From Acaryochloris marina MBIC11017 (GTDB lineage: Bacteria > Cyanobacteriota > Cyanobacteriia > Thermosynechococcales > Thermosynechococcaceae): a stretch of 32,000 nt of DNA. The first letter of the stretch is position 1. Each line of letters opens with the position of its first letter. The DNA is taken from positions 1,950,001 through 1,982,000 of the forward strand of contig NC_009925.1 in assembly GCF_000018105.1 (NCBI RefSeq), written 5' to 3'. The translations under genes and the position numbers were made by a program. The notes beneath the pieces are model-generated. The model searched no databases. It had not been told where the DNA came from and was given only the letters and a program-made list of their open reading frames with translations. Positions 17,308 to 25,248 of the stretch are shown here, piece after piece.

Positions 17308-17856
17308 ATGTCTTTATTTCAAGAACCGCCCGAAATCCTGAAGCCGTTAATGTTTTATGACGGTCGCAAGTATACATTTGAAGCGAATCGACTGCGATTA
17401 CCCAATGGTAGTGAAGGGGATTGGTCGTGTGTAAGGCATCCAGGTGGAGCGATGGCGGTGCCGATTACCAGTGACGGACAGTTTGTGTTGGTCAAGCAGT
17501 ATCGTTTTGCCTTGAAGGGGCGGCTGTTGGAGTTCCCGGCAGGTACGGTAGAAGTCCATGAAGATCCGGGGGTGACGATTCGGCGAGAAATTGAGGAAGA
17601 AACGGGGTACCGGGCTCATCAGTGGCAAAAGTTGGGGGAGTTCCCTTTGGCGCCGGGATATTCGGATGAGATTATCTATGCGTTTTTGGCTCAGGATTTA
17701 GAGTTGTTAGAGAACCCACCGGAGCAGGATGAGGATGAGGATATTGAAACGGTTTTGATGACTTCGGAGGAGTTGGAAAAAGCGATTTTGGCGGGGGAAC
17801 CGATTGACGCGAAGTCGATTTGTGGGTTTTATATGGCACAGGCGATGTTGGCTTAA
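17308..17856 (+). CDS. Nudix hydrolase, ADP-ribose pyrophosphatase-like (NudF type)
   Basis: The Nudix box is GTVEVHEDPGVTIRREIEEETGY. The flanking QYRFAL.GRLLEFPAG and APGYSDEIIYAFLA resemble the ADP-sugar pyrophosphatase subfamily. Confidence 0.85.
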   Translation: MSLFQEPPEILKPLMFYDGRKYTFEANRLRLPNGSEGDWSCVRHPGGAMAVPITSDGQFVLVKQYRFALKGRLLEFPAGTVEVHEDPGVTIRREIEEETGYRAHQWQKLGEFPLAPGYSDEIIYAFLAQDLELLENPPEQDEDEDIETVLMTSEELEKAILAGEPIDAKSICGFYMAQAMLA

Positions 17857-18010
17857 TTGAGGTGCAGTGTGTGCCAAAGATATTTGTGTTTATGAAAACA
17901 ATTGGATAAAGCGTGGCGAATGGCTGAGATTCACTTTAAATTCAGCTATTAGGTGATTTTTCTGCTGATTTTCTTGAGGATGGTGTGAGGTTCTTTTAGC
18001 GGGGAAAGGT

Positions 18011-20539
18011 ATGTCTTGGGAAGAAGCAGAGCAACGGATTCAAGGGGCTGCGAAGCAACAATCTAGAAGCCTTGATTTATCATATTTAGGACTAACAGAA
18101 ATTCCCGATGCGATCTCACAACTAAAAAACCTGCAAACGCTTTCCCTACAAGGGAATCAACTGACCACGATTCCCGATGCGATCTCACAACTAAAAAACC
18201 TGCAAACGCTTTCCCTACAAAGGAATCAACTGACCGCGATTCCCGATGCGATCTCACAACTAAAAAACCTGCAAACGCTTTCCCTACAAGGGAATCAACT
18301 GACCGCGATTCCCGATGCGATCGGACAACTGGTAAACCTGCAAACGCTTGACCTGCACGACAATCAACTGACGACGATTCCCGATACGATCTCACAACTG
18401 GTAAACCTGCAAGAGCTTGACCTACGCAATGATCAACTGACCACGATTCCCGATGCGATCTCACAACTGTCAAATCTTCAAAAACTTTATTTGCATGGGA
18501 ATGAATTGCTGAAAATTCCGGCTGAGATTCTAGGTTCAACATACGGCGATGTTCGATCTGGAGCAGAACCAGCTAAACCAAAAGACATTCTGGAATACCT
18601 TTTCCGCATCCAGAAACAAGCCCAACCTCTTAATGAAGCGAAATTGATTCTGGTGGGCTATGGTGCGGTTGGTAAAACCTCTCTGGTCAACCGATTGGTT
18701 CATCAAAGGTTTGATGCGAGTGAAACTAAAACTGAAGGCATTCAAATCACCGATTGGCCCCTGTATTTGAACGGCAATGAAGACGTCAAATTAAATGTTT
18801 GGGATTTTGGGGGGCAAGAAATTATGCACTCCACCCATCAGTTTTTTCTAACTGAACGAAGTTTGTATCTTCTTGTCCTCAACGGTCGCCAAGGCCATGA
18901 AGATGCAGATGCTGAGTACTGGCTCGAACTGATTCAAAGTTTTGGTGGCGACTCTCCCGTTATTGTTGTCCTCAACAAAGTTGAAGAACATCCTTTCGAT
19001 GTCAACCGCAGTGGCCTCAAGCAAAAATTCCCTAATATTAAAGGCTTTGTGCGTACGGACTGTGAAACTGAACGAGGTCTGGATGAACTCCGCCAAGTCA
19101 TTGAGCACGAAACAGATCGTCTCGAACATTTGCGCGATCCGTTTCCAGCTAGTTGGTTTGCCATTAAACAGCGTTTAGGAGACATGGAGGAAAATTACAT
19201 CTCCTTTGAGCACTATCGGAATATCTGCAACCAGAATCAAGAATCCGATCTAGACTCTCAAGATTCCCTAGCTGTTCATCTTCACAATTTAGGCATTGCT
19301 CTCAACTATAAAGATGATCCTCGTCTGAGAGATACCAATATCCTCAATCCTCTTTGGGTCACCAATGGCATCTACAAAATCCTCAACGCTCATGATTTGG
19401 CAGACCACAAAGGAGAACTAGATCTTGGCTGCCTTCCCCAACTGTTGGATCCTAAAAACTATCCTCGTCAGCGCCACGGTTTCTTAATGGAGCTAATGCG
19501 CAAGTTCGAGCTATGTTTCCCTTTTCAGGACAGTCAAGAGCGCTATCTCATTCCCGACCTACTTGATAAACAACAACCACTAGAAGCCGAAGACTTTATT
19601 CTCGAAGACTGCCTTAATTTTCGCTATACATACCCCATCTTGCCCGAAGGCTTGTTACCTCGCTTTATAGTTCGTACCCATGTCTTGAGTAGCAATACTC
19701 TTCGCTGGCGCACTGGTGTTATCCTCGATTTTGAAGGTAGCCGTGCTCTAGTAAAAGCTGACCGTCAAGACCGAAGTGTCAGTATCAGCATCACTGGCCC
19801 TAAAAATAAACGCCGTGAATTGTTGGGCATCATCCGTTATGACTTTGAGCACATCCACAACAATTTTAAATTTCAGCCTGAAGAAAAGATTCCGATTCCA
19901 AATCACCCAAAACTAACCTTCAGCTACAAAGATTTATTGGTGATGGAAGAACAAGGCTTAGTTAAGGTACCAAAAGTCATCAATGGGAAATTAATCCATC
20001 TAGAAATCAAGGAATTACTCAACGGTGTAGATCTAACAAAGCGACCGCAAACTTTAAGAGACGTTGAGCATCCATCAAAAGCTCTCCAACTCTTCTACAG
20101 CTACTCCCATAAGGATGAAGGTATTCGTGATCAGCTCGAAACACATCTCAAGGTGCTTCAGCGCAGGGGTCTTATTCAAAATTGGCACGACCGCAAGATT
20201 CTGCCTGGTACTGATTGGAAAAACGAATTAGACAGAAATCTTGAACAGGCCGACATTATCCTGCCATTAGTCAGTCCAGATTTTATCGCTTCTGACTATT
20301 GCTATGAAGTCGAAATGAGCCGTGCCAGAGACCGCCATGATGCCAAAGAAGCAATTCTACTCCCTATCCTAATCCGCCCTGTAGATTGGAACTCAACTTC
20401 CTTCTGTGATATTCAAGCCTTACCCAGTGATCTAAAACCAGTAACAAAATGGTCTGATAAAGATGATGCTTGGCTAAATGTCATGCAAGGTCTAAAGCGA
20501 GTTATTCAAGTGATTCAAAAAAATAAATCTCTTCAATAA
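18011..20539 (+). CDS. LRR-Roc-COR-TIR multidomain protein: a ROCO-type GTPase with a C-terminal TIR domain
   Basis: aa ~20-175 hold about 6.5 leucine-rich repeats of 23 aa (IPDAISQLKNLQTLSLQGNQLTT). aa ~208-370 form a Ras-like Roc GTPase: G1 GYGAVGKT (K222), G3 WDFGGQE, G4 LNKVE. aa ~375-625 are COR-like (FPASWFAIKQRL..., LIPDLL, LPEGLLPRFIVR). aa ~692-835 form the TIR domain (LFYSYSHKDE..., WHDRKILPGTDW, ADIILPLVSPDFIASDYCYEVEMSRA). Confidence 0.9.
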   Translation: MSWEEAEQRIQGAAKQQSRSLDLSYLGLTEIPDAISQLKNLQTLSLQGNQLTTIPDAISQLKNLQTLSLQRNQLTAIPDAISQLKNLQTLSLQGNQLTAIPDAIGQLVNLQTLDLHDNQLTTIPDTISQLVNLQELDLRNDQLTTIPDAISQLSNLQKLYLHGNELLKIPAEILGSTYGDVRSGAEPAKPKDILEYLFRIQKQAQPLNEAKLILVGYGAVGKTSLVNRLVHQRFDASETKTEGIQITDWPLYLNGNEDVKLNVWDFGGQEIMHSTHQFFLTERSLYLLVLNGRQGHEDADAEYWLELIQSFGGDSPVIVVLNKVEEHPFDVNRSGLKQKFPNIKGFVRTDCETERGLDELRQVIEHETDRLEHLRDPFPASWFAIKQRLGDMEENYISFEHYRNICNQNQESDLDSQDSLAVHLHNLGIALNYKDDPRLRDTNILNPLWVTNGIYKILNAHDLADHKGELDLGCLPQLLDPKNYPRQRHGFLMELMRKFELCFPFQDSQERYLIPDLLDKQQPLEAEDFILEDCLNFRYTYPILPEGLLPRFIVRTHVLSSNTLRWRTGVILDFEGSRALVKADRQDRSVSISITGPKNKRRELLGIIRYDFEHIHNNFKFQPEEKIPIPNHPKLTFSYKDLLVMEEQGLVKVPKVINGKLIHLEIKELLNGVDLTKRPQTLRDVEHPSKALQLFYSYSHKDEGIRDQLETHLKVLQRRGLIQNWHDRKILPGTDWKNELDRNLEQADIILPLVSPDFIASDYCYEVEMSRARDRHDAKEAILLPILIRPVDWNSTSFCDIQALPSDLKPVTKWSDKDDAWLNVMQGLKRVIQVIQKNKSLQ
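18101..18514 (+). repeat. Six tandem 69-bp units encoding the LRRs; the first three are near-identical at DNA level
   Basis: Units are phased at 18101, 18170, 18239, 18308, 18377 and 18446. Units 1-3 differ from each other by only 1-2 nt out of 69 by my direct comparison. Units 4-6 diverge progressively. Confidence 0.9.
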
Positions 20540-20779
20540 CCGCCAACGATATACAGGAAATCAGCAAGCACAGATGCAACGTAGAATCTGAGTAAGCCCT
20601 AACCTTTAACTGCTATTTTGATTGGGTCGAGAGTGTCGGAGTGGCATTGATGCTGCAATTCAGCCTCCTCTATCCATCGCACATCCTTGCATGGATGAAA
20701 GTCGTTAAATATATTTTCCCGATTCAGTCTAAGTTGCATCAAAGGTGGGGAAAGTCCAGTATGTGAATTTTTGAGACCT

Positions 20780-21229
20780 ATGTTGTCCTCCAATCAATTC
20801 CAGCCAGAATCTTCCGCTGTGCAGAGTTACCTCGGTATTCTCCAAGATATTATTACTCGGATGGCTAATAACAGCAGTAACTGTAAAACCTGGTGCATTA
20901 CGGTCGTTTCGGCAATTTTGGTAGTTATTGTTGATAAAAAACAACCTAGTTACGTCTTGATTGCTCTTATTCCTGTCCTATTATTCTTCTTCCTAGACAC
21001 CTATTACTTGGCTCTCGAAAGAGGTTTTCGAGATGTGTACAACGACTTTGTCCAAAAGTTACATAACAATGCTGTTACGACTCAAGATCTCTTTGTAGTG
21101 AGGCCCCTAAGAGACTTTTCACTCTACAAAACTATATTGAAAGCCGCATTCTCACCTGCTATTGCTCCCTTTTATGGAATTTTGACCCTAACCGCAGTCC
21201 TAGCCCACTCCCTAATTGTGAAGTCTTGA
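20780..21229 (+). CDS. Small hypothetical membrane protein with 3 predicted TM helices
   Basis: 149 aa from ATG 20780 (track start TTG 20771). An N-terminal amphipathic segment (SAVQSYLGILQDIITRMANNS) precedes the TM helices WCITVVSAILVVIV, YVLIALIPVLLFFFLDTYYLAL and PAIAPFYGILTLTAVLAHSLIV. It shares strand and low GC with the upstream ROCO-TIR gene. No family recognised. Confidence 0.55.
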   Translation: MLSSNQFQPESSAVQSYLGILQDIITRMANNSSNCKTWCITVVSAILVVIVDKKQPSYVLIALIPVLLFFFLDTYYLALERGFRDVYNDFVQKLHNNAVTTQDLFVVRPLRDFSLYKTILKAAFSPAIAPFYGILTLTAVLAHSLIVKS

Positions 21230-21303
21230 ACCTTTGCCTTTATCGCTTCATTAATATGCATCCACCTCAGCTTGAAACTTTCGCTTCCCCCCTACCTTGA
21301 AAA

Positions 21304-21696
21304 ATGACCATCAGCCTCTGGTGCATCCTGGCCGCTCTGCTCGCCCCTTACATTCTGTCAGTGCTAGCCCGTTCTGGCGTCACCAAAGCCGACTATGTCC
21401 AAAACCCGCGCGCCTTTAACGAAACCCTCACCGGATGGCATCGTCGCGCCCATCTCGCCCAACTCAACGCCTTTGAAACCTTCCCCGGCTTCGCCGCCGC
21501 CGTGCTCGTGGCCCATATGACCCAAGTGCCCCAACTTCAGATTGATATCGTTGCCTTGGCCTTCATTCTGTTTCGCATCCTGCACGCCAGCTTCTACATC
21601 ACCGACAAACCCAACCTCCGCAGCCTCAGTTGGCAAATGGGCATGCTCTGCATCGTCAGCCTATTTGTTCTAGCAGCGATTCCCCAGCAAATTTGA
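21304..21696 (+). CDS. MAPEG-family membrane protein
   Basis: 130 aa with 3-4 TM helices. The pattern ...RAH.N..E.FP.FAAAVLVA........I..LA..F...R.LH...Y... is typical of bacterial MAPEG proteins. Confidence 0.75.
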   Translation: MTISLWCILAALLAPYILSVLARSGVTKADYVQNPRAFNETLTGWHRRAHLAQLNAFETFPGFAAAVLVAHMTQVPQLQIDIVALAFILFRILHASFYITDKPNLRSLSWQMGMLCIVSLFVLAAIPQQI

Positions 21697-21817
21697 TGCT
21701 CCATCGAACAGCGCCATTCCTTAAACCCAGGCCAAGCCTTATTGGTAAAATGCTCGTATTTCAATCCTAAAAGCCTTAATACGGCAGCATTAACACCATC
21801 TTTAGCCCTACTCAATT

Positions 21818-22915
21818 ATGCTCACCCAGAATCGGCAATCGAATCCGACCCGGCTCCCCCAACCCTTTATTCCCTACCGACCCAAATATTCACCCCTCAG
21901 CTGGATCAAGCGGAATGTCGTCGTTGCCAGAGCCTTTCTGGGGGCTCTCGCCATCGTCCTCAAATCAAGACGACAACAACAGTCCCTCCCCTTTGGGGCC
22001 TCTATAGAAATCACCGATCGCTGCAATGCGGGGTGTCATTATTGCTACGTCTATCCCTCAGACTGGAACCAAACCCAACGCGTCCGAGGGTATCTACAGC
22101 TTTCTCCCCCTGAGCATAAAGCCAAAGATCAAGCCATTTACCAAACCCTAGACCAGCTCTCGCGTCAAGGCATGGTCCTCGCCACCCTGGTCGGCGGTGA
22201 ACCCACCCTGGCACCTAAAGTGATTCAATATGCTGCCCGCAAATTCCCAGTCGTTTGGGTCGTGACCAATGGGTCATCCAAATTCCCTAAAGTGCCGCAT
22301 TCCGTTGTGTATAGCGTCAGTATTGATGGCCCTCCAGACCACCATAATCAAACCCGAGATCCCTTGGGGTTCTTTCAAAACCATGCCTATCAAGACCTGC
22401 ACGGGATGGCAGCCGCTATCGTCCGCAATATCAATGAATCTGAACGGGGTGCCTACGCCCACATTACCCTGACCCAATCCAGCCTCAAGTTATTTCCAGA
22501 GACCGTAGAATGGCTGGTCACCTCTATCACCAAACTCCGAGGCATTATGGTGTCTGGTGCAGCCACCCATTCTCCTGCAGATCCGAATACCCTAACCCTG
22601 GCCGATCGGCAAACCATGAAGGGGATGATTGAGACAGCGGCGGCAAAATATAGCTGGGACTTGTTTCCCTTTAACCAACCTGCAGTCAATGCCTACCTAT
22701 TTGATGCGCCCTTCGTCATTCAAGATCCCACGCAATGTACCGTGGCACGGCGAGTCACGAGTTTAGGCTTTGATGGAGCCAGCGTCGGTAAATGCATTCT
22801 GCGAGATGAGACGGACTGTCAGACCTGTGTGTGTAATCTGACCGGATTAATGCGAGGAGTAGCCACAGCGGATCGCCCTAGTTTGAAAGGACTCTATCAA
22901 GCCTGCTTAGGCTAG
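21818..22915 (+). CDS. Radical SAM enzyme of unassigned function
   Basis: The canonical CxxxCxxC cluster sits in IEITDRCNAGCHYCYV. The GGEPTL motif is LVGGEPTL. An additional C-terminal Cys cluster (C-x21-C-x8-C-x2-C-x-C; ...CILRDETDCQTCVCNL) may bind an auxiliary Fe-S cluster. No subfamily recognised. Confidence 0.8.
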   Translation: MLTQNRQSNPTRLPQPFIPYRPKYSPLSWIKRNVVVARAFLGALAIVLKSRRQQQSLPFGASIEITDRCNAGCHYCYVYPSDWNQTQRVRGYLQLSPPEHKAKDQAIYQTLDQLSRQGMVLATLVGGEPTLAPKVIQYAARKFPVVWVVTNGSSKFPKVPHSVVYSVSIDGPPDHHNQTRDPLGFFQNHAYQDLHGMAAAIVRNINESERGAYAHITLTQSSLKLFPETVEWLVTSITKLRGIMVSGAATHSPADPNTLTLADRQTMKGMIETAAAKYSWDLFPFNQPAVNAYLFDAPFVIQDPTQCTVARRVTSLGFDGASVGKCILRDETDCQTCVCNLTGLMRGVATADRPSLKGLYQACLG

Positions 22916-24802
22916 GGTGGCCTTGCTGAGATAACTGTGGTAACGTTCCTGCAATTGGTTTACACCCACCTTGCCAGTCCATAACTCCACCATGGTTTGG
23001 CCAAAGGCCCAAGCATCATCCTGAATCGAAGACGCAGTCTCTAGCAACAGGGGCCAGAGGGCTAAAAAGTCAAACACAGGATGGGCCTCGGGTTCAGCCA
23101 GCAACGTAAAGAGTTCATAGCCCATCTGCAATTTCCCCATAACAACGGGGGCCTGCTCAATGGGGAGCTGGGTTGCCAGGGCTGTTGCCAAGGCCGGAGA
23201 ACCTGTTGTCATCGTCGACAGAAATCCTAAAAGGGGGCTTTTCAGTAGGGCTGTGAGGCCCTGAGTCGTGCTCATTTGGGACGCATACTGGTTGATGATT
23301 TTGGCAGAAGTGGTGATACGGGTGGTGCGATCGCGCAAAAATCTTGCCATCCGGGCCTGCTTCGCCGGGTCAAATTCATCCACCATCGCTGCTGACAGTT
23401 CTGTTCCGCCCCAGGCTGGCCGATCTTGACTCGTATCGCCCGTGACCAGCGGCAAAATAACAGCCGAAACCTCCCCTAAAATCTCTTGGCGATAGGCAAT
23501 CGCTTCTCGAATCGAGGTCTCCTTGGGTTGCTCACCCGATCGCCAATCGTAGGGCGGGGACCATTCTCGAATAGGCCGGAGCCGATCCACCTGGGTGACA
23601 ATGCTAATCACGGGCAGATCGTCCACCTGAGTTTTAATCTCTTCTAAAAACGCCAGATCCATTTGTAAGGCCGGATCCGTGGCAGGTGTAACTAACAACA
23701 GCAGATCCGCCTCCGCTGCTTTCTCAATCACGGCTTGGCGTAAATCGTCTCTCCCACTTTGCTCATACCCCGGTGAATCCCAGAGGGTCAGCGTTTCGTC
23801 TAAATTATTCTTAAACCGATACGACTGCAGGGTATCCGTGCTGGGCAATACGTCTACGGCTGCCGTCTCTCGGCCAAATAGGGTATTCACCAAACTACTT
23901 TTACCCGCTCCCGTCCGTCCCACCAGCAGGACATTGAGGGGTGCCTGCTCTACCGCCTTGGCAGGCGCAGCTTCCGTAATAATTGCTTGTAGGGTTTGGG
24001 TCTCCGCTTCGGGCAGCTTCGGTTCCAGACTCTCCAACGAGCGGACCGCTTCACCACTGTAGAGGGCAATCGCTCGTTCGCCCAGAGCCTGTAGCGTCGT
24101 CTCTCGGACAATCTGACCCAAGTTTGCCAACAACTGTTGATTGGCTTGATTGCGATAGGTTTGTGTAGACGTGCGAGTCAAGGCCGCCACGGGATTAAAA
24201 ATCCATCGGGACCATTGCCATACCTTGACCGCAGTGCGGGCGGCGGGTTCTAGTTTTCGATAGGTTTCATAGGTTTCATAGGCCTGCCCCACTGTCACCT
24301 GCCCTAGCACCGGAGAGAGTTTTTGCATCCACTGATCCACATCATCCACGGTGCCCCGCAACAAACCATAGGCATCCGGAACATAGATATTTAGAAACGG
24401 ACGCTTAGTGGTGGGGTAGTAGACATGGGCAATGGCCTCAATCAACGTTTGGCAGCGGCGAAAAAACTGGGCCCAATCTTCCCAGGGCAAGACATCCTCT
24501 CTAGCTGCCACTAGAATCGTTTGGATTTCAGCTTCGGCCTGCTGCCGACGGGGTTCACTTGAAGATGTCTCTTCAGCCTGCTCTTGAATAAAGGCTCTGG
24601 CTTCCGCTGCAATCTGATCCGGCAGCCGCAGCCAGCGAACCAGCAAATACTGCCAGCCCAAAAACACTAAAATCACGATGGCCCAAATCCAACTCAGTCC
24701 CCACTGATGGATTTGTAACCCAGCCGCAGCCCCCAGAAATCCGAGCACGCTAACGACGGGTAGAGCCAAAACGACCCACTGCCAGACCTTGAGACGAATC
24801 AT
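22907..24802 (-). CDS. Membrane-anchored GTP-binding protein: N-terminal 2 TM helices, central MMR_HSR1-type G domain, C-terminal helical domain
   Basis: The TM helices are VVLALPVVSVLGFLGAAAGL and LSWIWAIVILVFLGWQYLLV. G1 is LLVGRTGAGKSSLVN, G3 is LWDSPGYE and the G4-like motif is VTQVD. The 3' end overlaps the radical SAM gene's 3' end by 9 nt (convergent). Confidence 0.8.
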   Translation of the reverse strand: MIRLKVWQWVVLALPVVSVLGFLGAAAGLQIHQWGLSWIWAIVILVFLGWQYLLVRWLRLPDQIAAEARAFIQEQAEETSSSEPRRQQAEAEIQTILVAAREDVLPWEDWAQFFRRCQTLIEAIAHVYYPTTKRPFLNIYVPDAYGLLRGTVDDVDQWMQKLSPVLGQVTVGQAYETYETYRKLEPAARTAVKVWQWSRWIFNPVAALTRTSTQTYRNQANQQLLANLGQIVRETTLQALGERAIALYSGEAVRSLESLEPKLPEAETQTLQAIITEAAPAKAVEQAPLNVLLVGRTGAGKSSLVNTLFGRETAAVDVLPSTDTLQSYRFKNNLDETLTLWDSPGYEQSGRDDLRQAVIEKAAEADLLLLVTPATDPALQMDLAFLEEIKTQVDDLPVISIVTQVDRLRPIREWSPPYDWRSGEQPKETSIREAIAYRQEILGEVSAVILPLVTGDTSQDRPAWGGTELSAAMVDEFDPAKQARMARFLRDRTTRITTSAKIINQYASQMSTTQGLTALLKSPLLGFLSTMTTGSPALATALATQLPIEQAPVVMGKLQMGYELFTLLAEPEAHPVFDFLALWPLLLETASSIQDDAWAFGQTMVELWTGKVGVNQLQERYHSYLSKATLA

Positions 24803-24895
24803 AGGGCGGATTTATGTATGTAACGAAAAAGGACCCAAGGGCAATATAGCCCGCAAACGACCTAAAGGATCTTTGCAGGGAAGCAATACTCTCTG

Positions 24896-25159
24896 CTACA
24901 GCCGCTTTGAAACATAGGAGAAGACAATCGCTTGCGCATACAGATAAGGCGTGCCCACAACCAGGGCAATCAGTCCAGTCACGAGGTCACCGGTGACAAT
25001 GCAGTAAATTCCAGCACCAATATTCAGGACCAACCCCAACCAGGAAAACAAGAGCGTAACCTGCAACGAGAACTTAGCTATCGGCGAGTAACACCCCCCA
25101 AAAAAACTAGCACCGCTAGACCCTGCTCTCCCACACTTAGGGCAGCTGGTCAGAATCAT
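24896..25159 (-). CDS. Small hypothetical membrane protein
   Basis: 87 aa. The N-terminus is MILTSCPKCGRAG, followed by two hydrophobic helices. There is no competing ORF of better quality, and no family was recognised. Confidence 0.45.
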   Translation of the reverse strand: MILTSCPKCGRAGSSGASFFGGCYSPIAKFSLQVTLLFSWLGLVLNIGAGIYCIVTGDLVTGLIALVVGTPYLYAQAIVFSYVSKRL

Positions 25160-25248
25160 ATCCAGTGCCGCATCTAGAACAAATGGGCATATACTATCTC
25201 GCTGCTGGTTATGACAGCCGTAAGGAATTCCCTATGAATGATTTGACA

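Noticed and set aside
18063-18542. 159-aa ORF on the minus strand, antisense to the LRR region
   Set aside because: It is a shadow frame kept open by the 69-bp tandem repeats. Its product is the same repetitive peptide reading 'GKAFAGFLVVRSHRESRSVDS' over and over. The plus-strand frame encodes canonical LRRs continuous with the Roc-COR-TIR protein.
20650-20766. 38-aa ORF (MLQFSLLYPSHILAWMKVVKYIFPIQSKLHQRWGKSSM) between the ROCO-TIR and 3-TM genes
   Set aside because: It is too short, with no SD, no motif and no comparative evidence. It is noted only because small ORFs in defence islets are sometimes real.
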